Assembly: GCA_964016885.1 (NCBI GenBank) | Contig: OZ024754.1 | Location: 43,028,001-43,092,000 of the forward strand | Direction of reading: 5' to 3' | From: Eledone cirrhosa | Taxonomy: Eukaryota | Length of the DNA stretch: 64,000 nt | Program-made: the position numbers and the translations under genes | Shown here: positions 28,160 to 43,275 of the stretch, in pieces | Position numbering within the stretch: position 1 is the first letter of the stretch | Layout: each line of letters begins with the position of its first letter | The notes under the pieces: model-generated | The model's input: the letters and a program-made list of their open reading frames with translations, nothing else | What the model was told of the DNA's origin: nothing | Database searches by the model: none

Positions 28160-29809
28160 TGTGTGTATTGTTGATTATTCGAAGAATATATATATACGTA
28201 TATATATATATATTGTGTGTAATATTTGTTATCGAAGAATATATATATATGTGTGTGTGGGTGTGTGTGTGTGTCGGTGTGTGTGTGTGTGTGTGTAGTA
28301 TACGTGATGTGAATGATTAAAGAAACACAGTTATCGGCCCTTGCTTTGTTAGTACTTTCACTGAACTCGACAATGTCGACATTAACGAAGTCATACAATA
28401 CCTCTCAGCCAGCATATCTCTCTTCTTCCGTTTTCTCAATAATTAATGCGCACTAATTAACATTTGTTGACAGACATTCCAGTCGTGACCACCTCCTCTT
28501 TGTTTATTTTTCTGTCATAGTGTATGTACAGGGCAGCGCTGCGTGTCGTAAGAGGCGATTAAAAAGACTGGCGCCAGAAAGAGCTTCCGGTTGTACAATA
28601 TTCGGCTTTACAACAAGGTCCTTATAAGGATTGGAATATAGTGAGGCCTCGTGTGTAGTTACTGATGGCATACTCACATACACATACATAGACACACACA
28701 CATACATAGACACACATATACATAGACACACACATACATAGACACATACATAGACACACATACATAGACAACAAGGTCCTTATAAAGATTGGAATATAGT
28801 GAGGCCTCGTGTGTAGCTACTCAGATTTATCTCTCTACTGATGGCATACTCACATACACATACATAGACATACACATACATAGACACACACATAGATAGA
28901 CACACACACATACATAGACACACACATAGATAGACACACACATACATAGACACACACATACATAGACATACACATACATCTATATATACACAGACACAGA
29001 CACATACATCTATATATATACACAGACACATACATCTATATATATACAGACACATACATCTATATATACACAGACATATACATCTATATATATACACAGA
29101 CATATACATCTATATATATACACAGACACATACATCTATATATATACAGACATATACATCTATATATACACAGACATATACATCTATATATATATACAGA
29201 CACATACATCTATATATACACACACATACATCTATATATATACACAGACACATACATCTATATATATATACAGATATATACATCTATATATACACAGACA
29301 TATACATCTATATATACACAGACATATACATCTATATATACACAGACATATACATCTATATATATATATACAGACACATACATCTATATATATATACAGA
29401 TATATACATCTATATATATATACAGACACATACATCTATATATATATACACTTCCATCACTACAAAAAAAAATCATTACCACCACCACTGCTTACAATAA
29501 CAAGAACGATCACCACCACAACCACCACCACCATCAGTGCCACCTCCAGCACCACCACCACCACCACCACCACCACTAGTACCACCACCACCACCACCAC
29601 CACCACCACCACTAGTACCACCACCACCACCACCACAAGTACCACTACCACCCAACCATCATCACCAGCACCACCACCATCACCACCACCACCACCACCA
29701 CTAGTACCACCACCACCACCACTAGTACCACCACCACCACCACCACCACCACCACCACTAGTACCACCACCACCACCACCACAAGTACCACTACCACCCA
29801 ACCATCATC

Positions 29810-29840
<31 letters not shown>

Positions 29841-29842
29841 CC

Positions 29843-29876
<34 letters not shown>

Positions 29877-30019
29877 CAACAACTGTTACAGAATCTAAGC
29901 AACTTTGTGAAAAAGAACAATGTTTTAAAATTACAAGGATGCGTCGTCATAAAAGACAGGTTTAATGCTAGGTGCCAGCGACAGGTGGCAATTAATCCGC
30001 CATGATGCTGCTGCTGCTG

Positions 30020-30056
<37 letters not shown>

Positions 30057-31229
30057 TAATAATGATAATAATCGTCATCTGAAGCAAGGTTTAGGAGGTT
30101 TTCTGCCTAAAACAGGCTTGGCAACACCCAATTGTATACTAAAATAACATCTGTAGCACTGATCTGATGTCGTGTCAAAAAGAAAAAAAAGAGAAGAAAA
30201 AAATAAAACAAACAAACAAAAACAAAAACAATAAAAAGGGGGGCTGCTCGGAAACCCTTTTTTTTATAGGGGCTGTCCAAAAAAAATAAAATAGTAATAA
30301 AAGCAAATAAATAAAGGGCTGTTGTACTTTTGACATGAATTGACTACGCTGATATTATAGGGTTCACAGACTTAAACCCCTTTTATATTGAAGCACACTG
30401 TAACATTGTATGTTTAGATGTGTTAAACAGGGAATGGTGGAACTAGGGTCTGTCTCGTTTATGGCCCCTTTAAAGGGTGCCAGCTAAACTCTAGGATTGT
30501 GTGACAAGATTTTCAGTCGAATCAAGAGATATTTTCAGCAACAAATGGTTTCCTTGTGGGTTTTTTTTTGGTTTTCGTTTTACTGTGCCGGATAAAAATC
30601 ATTTCCGGATCTTTGAACTCGGAGTTCAAACGCCCCTAGGTGGCAGATCTAATAGTTTACCTGGTTTAATAGCATCACTTGACCCATGGCTGGCTTTAGC
30701 AGACTACTTTTGTTGTGTTCGAACCAGGTAAATTATTTGATGAAATATTTTGTCTTTATCTCCCAGCATCAGCAACACAACAACCACCAACACCACTACC
30801 ACCAACAACACTACTACTAACACCACTACCACCAACACCACTACTACTAACACCATTACCATCAACAGCACCACTACCACCAACACCACTACCACCAACA
30901 ATACCAACACCACCACCACACACACCAACAATACCTCCTCCACTACCCCCCCCCCCCCCACAACCCCCCATCAACACCACAACTACCACCACTGCCACCA
31001 CTACTATCAACAATACCAACAATACCCCCCCCATCACACCACCCCTACCTTCCAATATCTATCCACTCAATATTTAACAGTTAAGTCACGTGCAAGGTCA
31101 GCTGATCTCTTCAGCTTAAAAACCTCTGAATAAGTTCTTTTTTTTAAATGCATCAAGGACTTTTACAGGGATGAAGGGGGGGGGGGGGGGGAGATGAGGT
31201 GGTGAGAGAGGGAGGACGGGGGAGGAGGA

Positions 31230-31264
<35 letters not shown>

Positions 31265-31689
31265 GAGGAAGAGGGAGAGATAGAGAGGAAGAGAGAGAGA
31301 AAGAGAGGGAGAGAAAGAGACAGGGAGAAAGAAAGAGAGAGAGAGAGACAGACACAGACAGAGAGTGAGAAACATAGAGAGAGAGAGAGAGAGTAAAGAA
31401 GAAAGGGGGGGGGGTAGTGTGGTTAAGATAGATGACTGCTAACATTCCACTTTAATGGTATGTAGTAATGGCGGTCGTTTCCAAACATGACGATCCATCA
31501 TAATTAAAACTGAGCTAATTATGTTGTGAAATGTTTTACCAAATTGTAGAATGAGACATTCCGTCAGAATGTCTTCTAATCAGACAGGAGAAAACTCTTG
31601 GAGGACATTTTCAGAAAGAATGAAGAATTGTATTTATTGTGTTTTTTTGTTTGTTTGTTTGTGTGTTTGTGTGTGTGTGTATAAATCCA

Positions 31690-31796
<107 letters not shown>

Positions 31797-31832
31797 CGTG
31801 TGTTTGTGTGTGTGTGTGTGTGTATAAATCCA

Positions 31833-31879
<47 letters not shown>

Positions 31880-32041
31880 CGTGTGTGTGTGTGTATTTGC
31901 GCATTAATCCATGACACACACACACATATATATATATATATACGTGTGTGTGTGTGTGTATTTGCGTATTAATCCATGACACACACACACATATATATAT
32001 ATATATACGTGTGTGTGTGTGTATTTGCGTATTAATCCATG

Positions 32042-32078
<37 letters not shown>

Positions 32079-32160
32079 CGTGTGTGTGTGTGTGTATTTG
32101 CGCATTAATCCATGTCACACACACACACACACACACACGCACACACACGCACACACACAG

Positions 32161-32194
<34 letters not shown>

Positions 32195-32340
32195 GAAAAT
32201 GTTTAACCCCTGGGAAAGTGCTCTACTAGGGTAGGGGCTATATAACGAAGGAAGTGTGGTAGGGAACCAGATGGACCATAACGCACCAGAGTACTCAATA
32301 CTACCCTAAGTTTTGAGTACTCTGGTGCGTTATGGTCCAT
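32195..32340. mobile_element. Family 3 fragment with palindrome 32271-32340
   Basis: atggaccataacgcaccagagtactcaa / ttgagtactctggtgcgttatggtccat. Confidence 0.75.
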
Positions 32341-32355
32341 AGATAGATAGAGAGA

Positions 32356-32497
32356 CACGTGTATCCCGGGTTCAATCGGAGGTAACCACAGTAAGTAAGG
32401 TACTCAATATAATGTAGAGTATATAGAATATTTAATATAGAAATGGGTTTTACAGGACTAGAACTGTTTCATTCGAAGGAAATCATCAGGAAACTCT
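32356..32497 (-). mobile_element. Family 5 element with hammerhead
   Basis: On minus: gtttc CTGATGA tttc cttc gaat GAAA cag ttctagtc ctg TA aaac, plus a tail homologous to 56515-56590. Confidence 0.7.
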
Positions 32498-33041
32498 TTT
32501 CACCCACCTCTCTCTCTCTCCCTCTCTCTCTCTATCACTGTATGTTTGTCTCTCTTTCCATATACTCTCTCCCCCTCTACTCTATATCTCTGTTTCTCTC
32601 CTCTCCCTCTCCTTTTATCTGTCTCTCTATACCTTTACCTGCCCCTCTCCTATCTATGTCTCACTCCTCTCTCCATCTCTCTCTATCTGTCTCTCCCTTT
32701 ATGTCTCTTTATATCTCTCTCTGTCCTTCTTTCTGTATCCTATCTCTCCTTCTCTGCTCCCTCTCTCTTCCTCTATCCTATCTCCCTCTCAATACCTCTC
32801 TCTGTCTCCTCACCCCTCTCCTCGGAGCTGCCAAAAGCCCTTCTTTGTTCCTCGACTTCTACCTTTCCTTGTCCATCACTTTGAGCAGAAATATATTTTT
32901 CAATCAATAGGCTACACAATACCGCCAGACATAGAGACACCAATTTATCGTCCCCCACCCCAGCAGGCGACCCCAGCCACCCCACCAACCCAGCCCACCC
33001 ACCAGTAACACCAACAACACCACACTCCATTTCTAAGCAAG

Positions 33042-33088
<47 letters not shown>

Positions 33089-33094
33089 CACATA

Positions 33095-33168
<74 letters not shown>

Positions 33169-33541
33169 AAATATAACAAAAATAACAACAACAATAAAAA
33201 CATAACAACGAAACTACAGCAACAATAACAACAATATTAATATGATAGAACAACACAAATAAAACTAACAATGCAATAATAATTTAATGATAATAATGAT
33301 AATAATTATAGGATGAAATCAGAAAATCAAATGGAGTGTTAGATGGACGATAGAAGTGACGAAAGATATAAGAAACAAAATGGCGGAGACATATCCGTTT
33401 TATCTAAATAGGTTCAATGACAAAGGCTTTGCTGACAACCAATAATTTCCTCTTTAACAAAATGGAGTCACTTTTATAACACGTCCGTTGCACTTTCCTG
33501 GTCCTTATAAAAACAACCCAAGTAAATTAATGCAAAAAAAC

Positions 33542-33575
<34 letters not shown>

Positions 33576-33715
33576 CAATAACAACAACAATAACAATAAT
33601 AATAACAACGGCAAATTAAATCACAACGGTTCGTTCTATTGTGGTTATTGTAAGTTTTCTTCTTCTTCTTCTTCTTCTTCTTCTTCTTCTTCTTCTTCTT
33701 CTTCTTCTTCTTCTT

Positions 33716-33826
33716 CCAGCAAATTGAAGGTGGAGGGGAAAGTCGATTAAAATCACCCCAGTGCATTACAGGTACTTTATTTTATCTATCCCGTAAGGCA
33801 AAGTTAACCTCGGCGGAATTTGAACT
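33716..33826 (-). mobile_element. tRNA-SINE fragment
   Basis: Matches the SINE core and 3' end on minus. Confidence 0.75.
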
Positions 33827-33886
33827 GTGTGTATGTGTGTATGTATGTATGTATGTATGTATGTATGTATGTATGTATGTATGTAT

Positions 33887-34290
33887 GATGACCCCTTAGC
33901 CTTTGTCAAGGCAGAATTCTAGGAGAAGGAAAACTCTGATATAACACCTGCAACCCTGATGGTATCCAATGATGTTGACTTGTTCTTCTTTTTGGTAAAT
34001 ATCATCTTGGTTAAGAGAGTGGGACTGGCTTTGTGCAGTGCCTTTGCTCACTATAAAAGCTTCACGGCACAGGCATTGCTTTATATCTGGAGATCTCTCT
34101 GCACTTGTCGTCACATGGTACCATGGGCCCAGCACTATGTGTCAGTAATTGTCACAAGTGTAGTGTTTGTACCAGAGTTTTCAAGTCGTTGGCTGGACTA
34201 AGAAGTCACACTCGTTCAGCGCTTCGGTAGGGGTTCTCCTACATGGATATAAAGTAGTGGCCGTACTCGAAAACGAGTTGGCAGCCACCA
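33887..34290 (+). mobile_element. Bipartite RTE-derived non-autonomous element (RTE 5' head + RTE 3' end)
   Basis: Head motif ctaggagaaggaaaactctga; 3' zinc-finger-like HKCSVCTRVFKSLAGLRSHTRS; (TATG)n on both sides. Confidence 0.7.
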
Positions 34291-35113
34291 TGTATGTATG
34301 TATGTATGTATGTATGTATGTATGTATGTATGTATGTATGTATGTATGTATGTATGTATGTATATTTCTGTATGTATGTATGTGTGTGTGTATGTGTGTA
34401 TGTATGTATGTGTGTATGCATGTATGTGTATGTATGTATGTGTATGTATGTATGTATGTGTGTATGTATGTTTGTGTATGTATGTATGTTTGCGTATGTA
34501 TGTATGTATATGTGTGTGTATGCGTGTGTTACCGATTCTGTCATCATCTCTTATTCAATTCATAATTAATTTAGCGTAAATGTAAATCTATTCCCAGTAA
34601 TTAGTGAAAAGTTATATTTGTCCAACTGATATCAAATGTTCATTATAGTTAAAGCTACCAATGCTACTACACTACTAGAGTGACTATATAGTCTTTGTTA
34701 ACAGAACCGACACTGTTGACTTTAGTATCAAGACAAGACCTTAATAACAATTATCAATATACCAACTCACCTACTAATTATTCTAACGTTTTAATTACAC
34801 TAAAGTGTAAAGGTGCTGAACTGAGGCCACAGTTAATACCTGCTTACCTTGCGTACCCTTCTCACACATCCACACCAAACATCGGCACATTACTAGTTCT
34901 CCTCCTCCTACTACTCCTTCTCTTTCTCTTCCTTCTCCCCCTCCTTCCTTAGTATATCTACCGCTGCATCTATTGTGTGAACGTGCTAACAATATATTAT
35001 GTGGAGTGTAAATTGACGGTCACGCTGTGGTAAAAGGGATAACAAAATCTATAATACTGGTCTTGGTCAGTGGGTTAAACAATTATCAGATCGTCAGATC
35101 ATCTAACAAATAA

Positions 35114-35145
<32 letters not shown>

Positions 35146-35252
35146 ACGCACACGCACACGCACACGCCACACACACACATACACACACGCACACACAGAC
35201 ACATACACACACACACGCACACACGCACACACACACACGCACACACGCACAC

Positions 35253-35293
<41 letters not shown>

Positions 35294-35488
35294 TGCACAT
35301 ACACACACACACATGTTATGCCTTTATATTAAAGGTCGTACTTTTTTCAGTCGTACTTTTTTCGAACTATTAACATCTGCATCCACGGAGTGATATTTCT
35401 CAGTTTCAAATGTTCCCGCTTCAGGGTGAAAGCAGAAATCGTTTGCTTAGATATTTAATCTCTGCTAATAATAATAATAATAATAATA

Positions 35489-35870
35489 ATGGTGGTTTTG
35501 GACAAGGAAAAAAGATCGTGCCTGATTGTAGATGTAGCCTGCCCATTTGACACGAGAGTGCAAGAAAAGGAGAGGGAGAAAATTAACCGATACCAAGACT
35601 TAAAGTGGGAGGTAAAAAGGATTTGGAACTGCCATGAAGTCAAGGTGGTCCCGATTGCCATAGGCGCACTAGGTACTATCTCAGAGTTTCCAGGGATGGT
35701 TAAAGAAAATTAGTCCAGCCTCGCTTTTTGGAACACTTCAAAAGGCATGCTTGCTGGGAACAGCAAGAACCCTCCGATACGTCCTGAATATCTGAGGCTG
35801 CAGGTAGCGGCTTGATATTCATTTCAACAAACTTTCCAGTTAAATAACATTAATGACTGAGACTCAAAGA
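35489..35870 (+). pseudogene. Dong/R4-clade LINE 3' end (restriction-like endonuclease) in (TAA)n
   Basis: VVLDKEKRSCLIVDVACPFD...EKINRYQDLKWEV...VPIAIGALG, frameshift, LQKACLLGTARTLRYVL; (TAA)n on both flanks, the known Dong target. Confidence 0.85.
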
Positions 35871-35875
35871 ACAAC

Positions 35876-35912
<37 letters not shown>

Positions 35913-36008
35913 GTAATAATATTGATTTCTACTTTAGGATCAAGGCCAGCAATTTGAAGGGGAAGGGAAAGTCAATTAAATCGACCGTAGCACATTACTG
36001 GTGCTTTC

Positions 36009-36047
<39 letters not shown>

Positions 36048-36051
<4 letters not shown>

Positions 36052-36210
36052 AAAAAGTATGACCCCCGACGGCAGAGTTCAAGCCGTTTCGACGGCTTGA
36101 GCTCTGCCGTCGGGGTCATACTTTTTCCTATTTCCCACTCTACTACCTAAGTGTTGAGTACTCTAGTACGTTATGGTCCATCTGGTTCCTTACCACATTT
36201 CCTTTGTTAT
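36048..36210. mobile_element. Family 3 fold-back element
   Basis: Palindrome 36048-36130 (apex ttcg) plus right tail; (TA)n flanks. Confidence 0.8.
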
Positions 36211-36213
36211 ATA

Positions 36214-36245
<32 letters not shown>

Positions 36246-36383
36246 AAGGTAAAGGAACCAAATAAATATATATATTTAAAAAAAAATAAGACTCCATTGC
36301 ATTTTCGATTTCATCTTTTTTTCTTTATACTTTCACTCGTGTAGGACACCTCGGGTATTTTTCATTTTGTAAAAAAACCTCAC

Positions 36384-36426
<43 letters not shown>

Positions 36427-36802
36427 CTCATAGAGGAACACATCCACACAGATGTATATATATATATATATATATATATAACGAGAGAAAGAGAGAGAGA
36501 CAAGTACATACATGTTTCATATTACAGTAAGACCCGGATTGAAATATTAATTGTAGCTTAACACATTTGGGTTTCTATAATATTTCCATGGAACTATTTT
36601 ACAAGTTCACGTTTCAACATTCACAGAGAGAGAGAGAGGGGGTGGGAGTATATATATATATAGAGAGAGTGATAGTGAGAGGGAGAGAGAGGGGGGTGTA
36701 GAGAGAGAGTGATAGAGAGAGGAAGAGAGTAGAGAGAGAGAACAGAGAGAATAGAGAGAGAGAGAGAGCAGAGAGAGAGATGTATATGTAGCTGAGGATC
36801 CG

Positions 36803-36870
<68 letters not shown>

Positions 36871-37502
36871 TATATGTATATACGCACACACACACATACA
36901 CACCCACACACATATATATATATAGAGAGAGATATGTAGATGTCGATAGATAGATTAATATATATATATATATACACATAGATGGAGAGAGACAGAGAGA
37001 AAGAGCAAGAGAGATAGATAGATAGATAGGTAGATAGAGAGAGAGAGTAAATCACCACAAGAGGTAAGTGAAAACTATTTATATTCGGTTCGGTTTGATG
37101 GCAAAAATATAATGAATCCATTTTGTTTTTTCGCATGCATGCAACATTTAATTTACTGGCCATTTTAATACCACCTTCTGGGGTGAACGTCTTTATCTCC
37201 GCTTCATTGCAAACAATCCGAATAGATTTTCTAATGAAAACCTGTGTCTAGATTTTCTTTCCGCCCTGCCAACAGTCCCTGTTGCCCCTGCAAAAGGATT
37301 CAATACGTTATACAAGGTTTACACATTATTTAGGCTTTTTAATCATTTGAAATTATTATTTACTTTTTTATTATTTGCTTTTGAAAACTGCCTTGTACCT
37401 CTCTCTCTCTCTCGATCTCTCTCACTCACTCTCTCTCTCACTCTTTCTCTCTATCTCTCTCTCTCTCTCTTCCACCTCTCTGTTTATATATATGTATATA
37501 TA

Positions 37503-37594
<92 letters not shown>

Positions 37595-37598
<4 letters not shown>

Positions 37599-37787
37599 AA
37601 GAAAGTTGTGGTAAGATACCAGGTGGACCATAATGCACCAGAGTACTCGATAGTTAGGGTAGTAGAGTGGGTAATAGGAAAAGAGGACCACGATGACTGA
37701 GCTACGGCTTTTCGACAGCTAGATCCGAACATGTTCGGATCTAGCTGTCGAAACGGCCGGAGCTCAACCATTGGGATTTCTGACTCT

Positions 37788-37791
<4 letters not shown>
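37595..37791. mobile_element. Family 3 fold-back element
   Basis: Apex gatccgaac-at-gttcggatc; left tail; (TA)n flanks. Confidence 0.8.
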
Positions 37792-37822
<31 letters not shown>

Positions 37823-37901
37823 CATATATATATATGCATATATATGAAAAAAGTTTGTCCTTCATCAGTGATCTTCCAACTATCATAGGTATTTCATCGC
37901 T

Positions 37902-37935
<34 letters not shown>

Positions 37936-37950
37936 GCATATACATATATA

Positions 37951-38004
<54 letters not shown>

Positions 38005-38028
38005 TATGCCTATATATACATATATATG

Positions 38029-38125
<97 letters not shown>

Positions 38126-38975
38126 GTGTATATTATATATACGTGTGCATGTATCTTTGTATATACATATATATTTGGATCTAGCTGTCGAAACGACTGG
38201 AGCGCAGCCGTCGGGGTCCTGAATCTTTTTATATATATATGTGTGTGTGTGTGTGTACAATACATTGGACATCATCTATCGCAAGAATTTAATTACTAAA
38301 CCAGCAGTTAATATTTAAATTGTTTCTGCACATTTGCCTCTGTACGAAATTTTCATTCAATTTATAAATAAATAAATAAATCTATAAATTCGCCGTGACA
38401 TTACTAACCCACTTCAAATGAAATGCATCTTATAACCTTCTATAGTACCCCCTAAACATTTATTCAGTCTGTTCCTTCCACCCGAAAGCTCCATGAGAAA
38501 AAAAATCACCCACTAACTCACTTACTCCCCCCCCCCCCTGGAGTGACTGTAAAGCACTATAAGAGAAAACAAATTTGGATTCTGAAAATGATTTAATTGT
38601 TGCCAAAAATGTGTCCTCGTTTTCTTGACCTTTAAGCTAATTTCGTGACCTGTTTTAAGTCAAGGATTTGCAGATTTTAAATATAATAAAATATGTTCGT
38701 GTTATTTTTTATAGAAATGTTCTCACAGTTATGCGATAAATAAACACTGTATTATTCCACTGGAGCACTACTTTCGTGTTCAGTCAAAATTCCGTTTAAA
38801 TTTCCTTTCCATTTCATCAGAATAATCGAAATAATAGATTTAACAGTAAAATGAATAAATGGCTTCCAGATTTTGAAAAAAAAAAAAAAAAATCTCTGTA
38901 AAGATACACATACATAGACGCACACACACAAACACACACACATACATACACAAACAGACACACAAACAGACAGAC

Positions 38976-39051
<76 letters not shown>

Positions 39052-39214
39052 GTATATATATATCCATATGTATGAATCTGACTACCTTCCTCCTTACAAG
39101 GTCACGTGATGCTGCCACATCCAATGGCTACTACTACTACTACTACTACTACTACTATTACTACTGCTACTACTACTACTACTACTACTACTTCCACCAC
39201 CACCACTACTGCTG

Positions 39215-39246
<32 letters not shown>

Positions 39247-39312
39247 ACTATTACTACTACTGCTGCTGCTACTACTACTACTACTTCCACCACCACCACC
39301 ACCACCACCACC

Positions 39313-39356
<44 letters not shown>

Positions 39357-39818
39357 AGCTTTGGTTCTGCTGGTATCATGAAGAGATACTACCGCTAGAA
39401 TTCAGGACTGAACTTTCTGGATAATTTTCCCCGTCGGTCCGGACTGCATGAATTTTCTCGAATTTTTTCGGAATTAACCCGAGGTGTGTATGTGCAGTAT
39501 TTTGCTAATACACCAGCTGCACTGACGAGGCGGTAATGAAACTGTACAGTTCGGAGCATGCTTGGGTGTTCCCTCGCAAATCCGTTTATCCAGTTTCTAC
39601 CGTTTTGTGTCCGCTCTGATCTGCAGATTCGTATTTGCAGCATAAGATTTGTCTAAAATAGGTATATATAGGTATATATTATATAAATATATATATACAT
39701 ATATGGATATACATACATGAATATACAAGCGTGAACCTAACAACTAACACCTTTCGTAACTGTGCTCCTTGTTGTTGCTATTTACTTTTCCACTATATAT
39801 ATATATATATATATACAC

Positions 39819-39860
<42 letters not shown>

Positions 39861-39899
39861 ATATATATATATATATATACATGTATACATGTATACATG

Positions 39900-39932
<33 letters not shown>

Positions 39933-39942
39933 CCACACCACA

Positions 39943-40010
<68 letters not shown>

Positions 40011-40255
40011 TGATCGGTTAGTGGAGGATCAACACCGTAAACAACAGGTCGATATATCAAGGAAATATATACAAAGAATTTATAAAGGTTGACATTATCT
40101 GATGAAATCGTTTCAGGGCAGTTTAAAATTACGTAACACATACCATGGAAATATGTATTACAGCAATTGCGTTATAAATAATCGTATGGATACATGTATG
40201 AATGTATGTACTAAATATATGTTTCTTAAGGATACCGACTATATATAAATATACA

Positions 40256-40308
<53 letters not shown>

Positions 40309-40311
<3 letters not shown>

Positions 40312-40446
40312 ATCTACCTGTCGAAACGGCCGGAGCTCAGCTGTCGGGGTACTGACTCTTTATCTATTGCCCACTCTACTACACTAATTATCGAGTACTC
40401 TGGTGCGTTATGGTCCACCAGGTTTCTTACCACACTTTCTTTGTTA
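40309..40446 (+). mobile_element. Family 3 element, single arm with tail
   Basis: gtcGAAAcggccggagctcagctgTCgggg...ctttctttgtt; (TA)n flanks. Confidence 0.8.
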
Positions 40447-41300
40447 TATATATATATATATGTATGTATATTATATATGTGTCTGTGTATATAAATGCAA
40501 CTGTATGTCCTGTGTATTCATGTAGAATATTACATTTGTGCTCAGTTAAAATATCGTTTAAATTTCCTTTGAATTTCATCAGAAAAATCGAAATAATAGA
40601 TTTAACAGTGAAGGGAATAAATGGCTTCCAGATTTCGTATATATTTAGGTTTTTAGTTTTTGTTTTTAATCGTAATTTTTAACGTAGCATTACGACCAAA
40701 AGAACAACAGTAGTCCGGAATCTAATACTTATATTATTCCACTAGGTTTAATATATACACAGTGTTTCAATTTGATACTGTTTTTCAGCACCGCGAAACG
40801 CCAGCTCCGTTCCAATTGAGCTAAAAACAGCAGCCAGCTCTATATCCCCGATTGAAGCAATTAAACTACAATTATTTCGTTATGATCGACACAACATTCC
40901 ACATCTCTTGGGATATCAACAGAAAGCAATATATCATTTGATCTTCTAAAGCAACACGAAAAGGCAAAATAATATATTAAACGCCATTGATTCAAAATGG
41001 CGTCTTGGATTTTTATTCAGCTCAGAACAATTTATTCTCTTGTACTATTACAGGTTTCAGTCATCAGACCGCGGCCATGATGCAGCACCTACGTGGTTAA
41101 GTCTATCACTTCATACACACATACACATTCACACCTACACACACATACCACGCACAGACACACATACACACACACCACACACATTCACACACACACACAC
41201 ACACACACACCACACACAGTCACACATTCATACACACATACACATTCACACCTACACACACATACCACGCACAGACACACATACACACACACACCACACA

Positions 41301-41342
<42 letters not shown>

Positions 41343-41660
41343 ACACAGTCACACATTCATACACACATACACATTCACACATACACACACATACCACAAA
41401 CAGACACACACATTCACACACACACACACACACCACACACAGTCACACATTCATACACACATACACATTCACACATACACACACATACCACACACACAGA
41501 CACATTCACGCATAAACACAGACACAGATTCATACACACATACACGCACACACCACACACATTCACACACACACACACACACCACACATTCACACACACA
41601 CACAATCACACAAAAACACACAAAAACACATACAAACACACATACACAAACACACACACC

Positions 41661-41697
<37 letters not shown>

Positions 41698-41909
41698 AAC
41701 ACATATTCACACACACACACACATACACACACGCATGCATACACACATACATATTTTAAATCCGATCAAGGTTATCTTTAACCTTTTATCCTTCTGGAGT
41801 TCATAAAATAAAGTACTACTGAAATACTAAGGTCAACTTGATCGTCTTTTCTCTAAATCCCGCCGAGGTCAGCTTTGATTTAGTTTATCTACCCCGCAAG
41901 AATGAAAAC

Positions 41910-42264
41910 CAGTGCTTCTCAAACTATCTGATGTGGCGGACCGGCATTTTTTTTTCTATGTGCCACGTACCGCTAATATTTCGTAGTAATATTAATTTAT
42001 ACTGGAAACCCGTATGGATGAAAGGCCGAGGTTAACTTTGCCTTTCATCCTTACGGGGTCGATAAAATAAAGTACCAGTAATACACTGAGTAATTGCTGG
42101 CCTTGTGCCAAAAGTAGAAACAATTAATTTATACTGGAAACGATATATATAATGAATATAATAAAAAATGATTCCTTCGCATGGCCTGGACACAGGCCGC
42201 GTACCGGTAGCTGATGGCTCGCGTACCGGCACCGGTCCGCGAACCACCACTTTGAGTAGCACTG
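41910..42264. mobile_element. hAT MITE containing a SINE insertion (42010-42122)
   Basis: TIRs cagtgcttctcaaa / tttgagtagcactg; SINE flanked by 19-bp TSD attaatttatactggaaac. Confidence 0.8.
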
Positions 42265-42461
42265 AACTAAATCACCAGTAATACACTGAGAGCAACTCGA
42301 AATTGTTATCGACTGAAACCGGTCCTAACTTAAAGAAAATTTCCGTTTTTCCATGATATAATTCTTTTAGCATTTTCTACTGTTTCTTATTTTCTTAATA
42401 CATACATACATACATACATACATACATACATACATACATACATACATTTATACATACATAC

Positions 42462-42525
<64 letters not shown>

Positions 42526-42596
42526 AAAATGGCGTAGACATTACAATACAATAGGAGGGAACATAATAAAAGTACCACTGATGAAAGAACTTTGAT

Positions 42597-42645
<49 letters not shown>

Positions 42646-42839
42646 CTGTATTTTTAACCGTCTGATCGAACCTACATATGAGGTCTAATAGTATACAGTT
42701 CTATAACTGCTATAGATCAGACAATATGTCAATATGTTCGACCCTCCGAAACGATCGTAAAACAATGGTATGAATAGGTAAAGTAACTTGACTTTGTTGT
42801 TTTTATTTTCATTGTGAATTTAATACCTTATATATATAT

Positions 42840-43057
42840 ATAACGAAGGAAATGTGGTAAGGAACCAGGTGGACCATAACGCACCAAAGTACTCAATACT
42901 TAGGATAGTAGAGTGGGTAATAGGAACGAGTTGGACCCCGACGGCTGAGCTCAAGCCGTTTCGACGGCTAATTCTGGACTAAATGAAAATTTTCATTTAG
43001 TCCAGAATTAGCCGTCGAAACGGCTTGAGCTCAGCCGTCGGGGTCCAACTCGTTCCT
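42840..43057. mobile_element. Family 3 fold-back element: spacerless palindrome 42922-43057 plus left tail
   Basis: Apex gaaaa/ttttc at 42989/42990. Confidence 0.85.
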
Positions 43058-43244
43058 GACTCGCTCTTCCTCACTTTTCGTTGCTTCACCATCTTTGTTT
43101 GTTTACACTCTCGCTGTTCCCTTTATTTACGTGTCCCAACGACTTTCTTTAGCCGTTGCTCGCACCAACCGGAGGTATATGGTCTTTAAAGCGAAGAAAT
43201 ACCGCTGATGGTTGGAAGATCACTGATGAAGGACCACTTTATTC

Positions 43245-43275
<31 letters not shown>

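Noticed and set aside
38775-38875. Repeat shared with about 40540-40635 containing CTGATGAaatgGAAA on minus
   Set aside because: There is no stem II or stem I; probably an unclassified DNA-transposon fragment.
39515-39557. CTGACGA...GAAA ctgtacag hammerhead-like string
   Set aside because: Stems I and II do not pair convincingly, and it is a single copy.
40095-40162. CTGATGA...GAAA tatgta TT, family 2-like
   Set aside because: The stems are too decayed to support a call.
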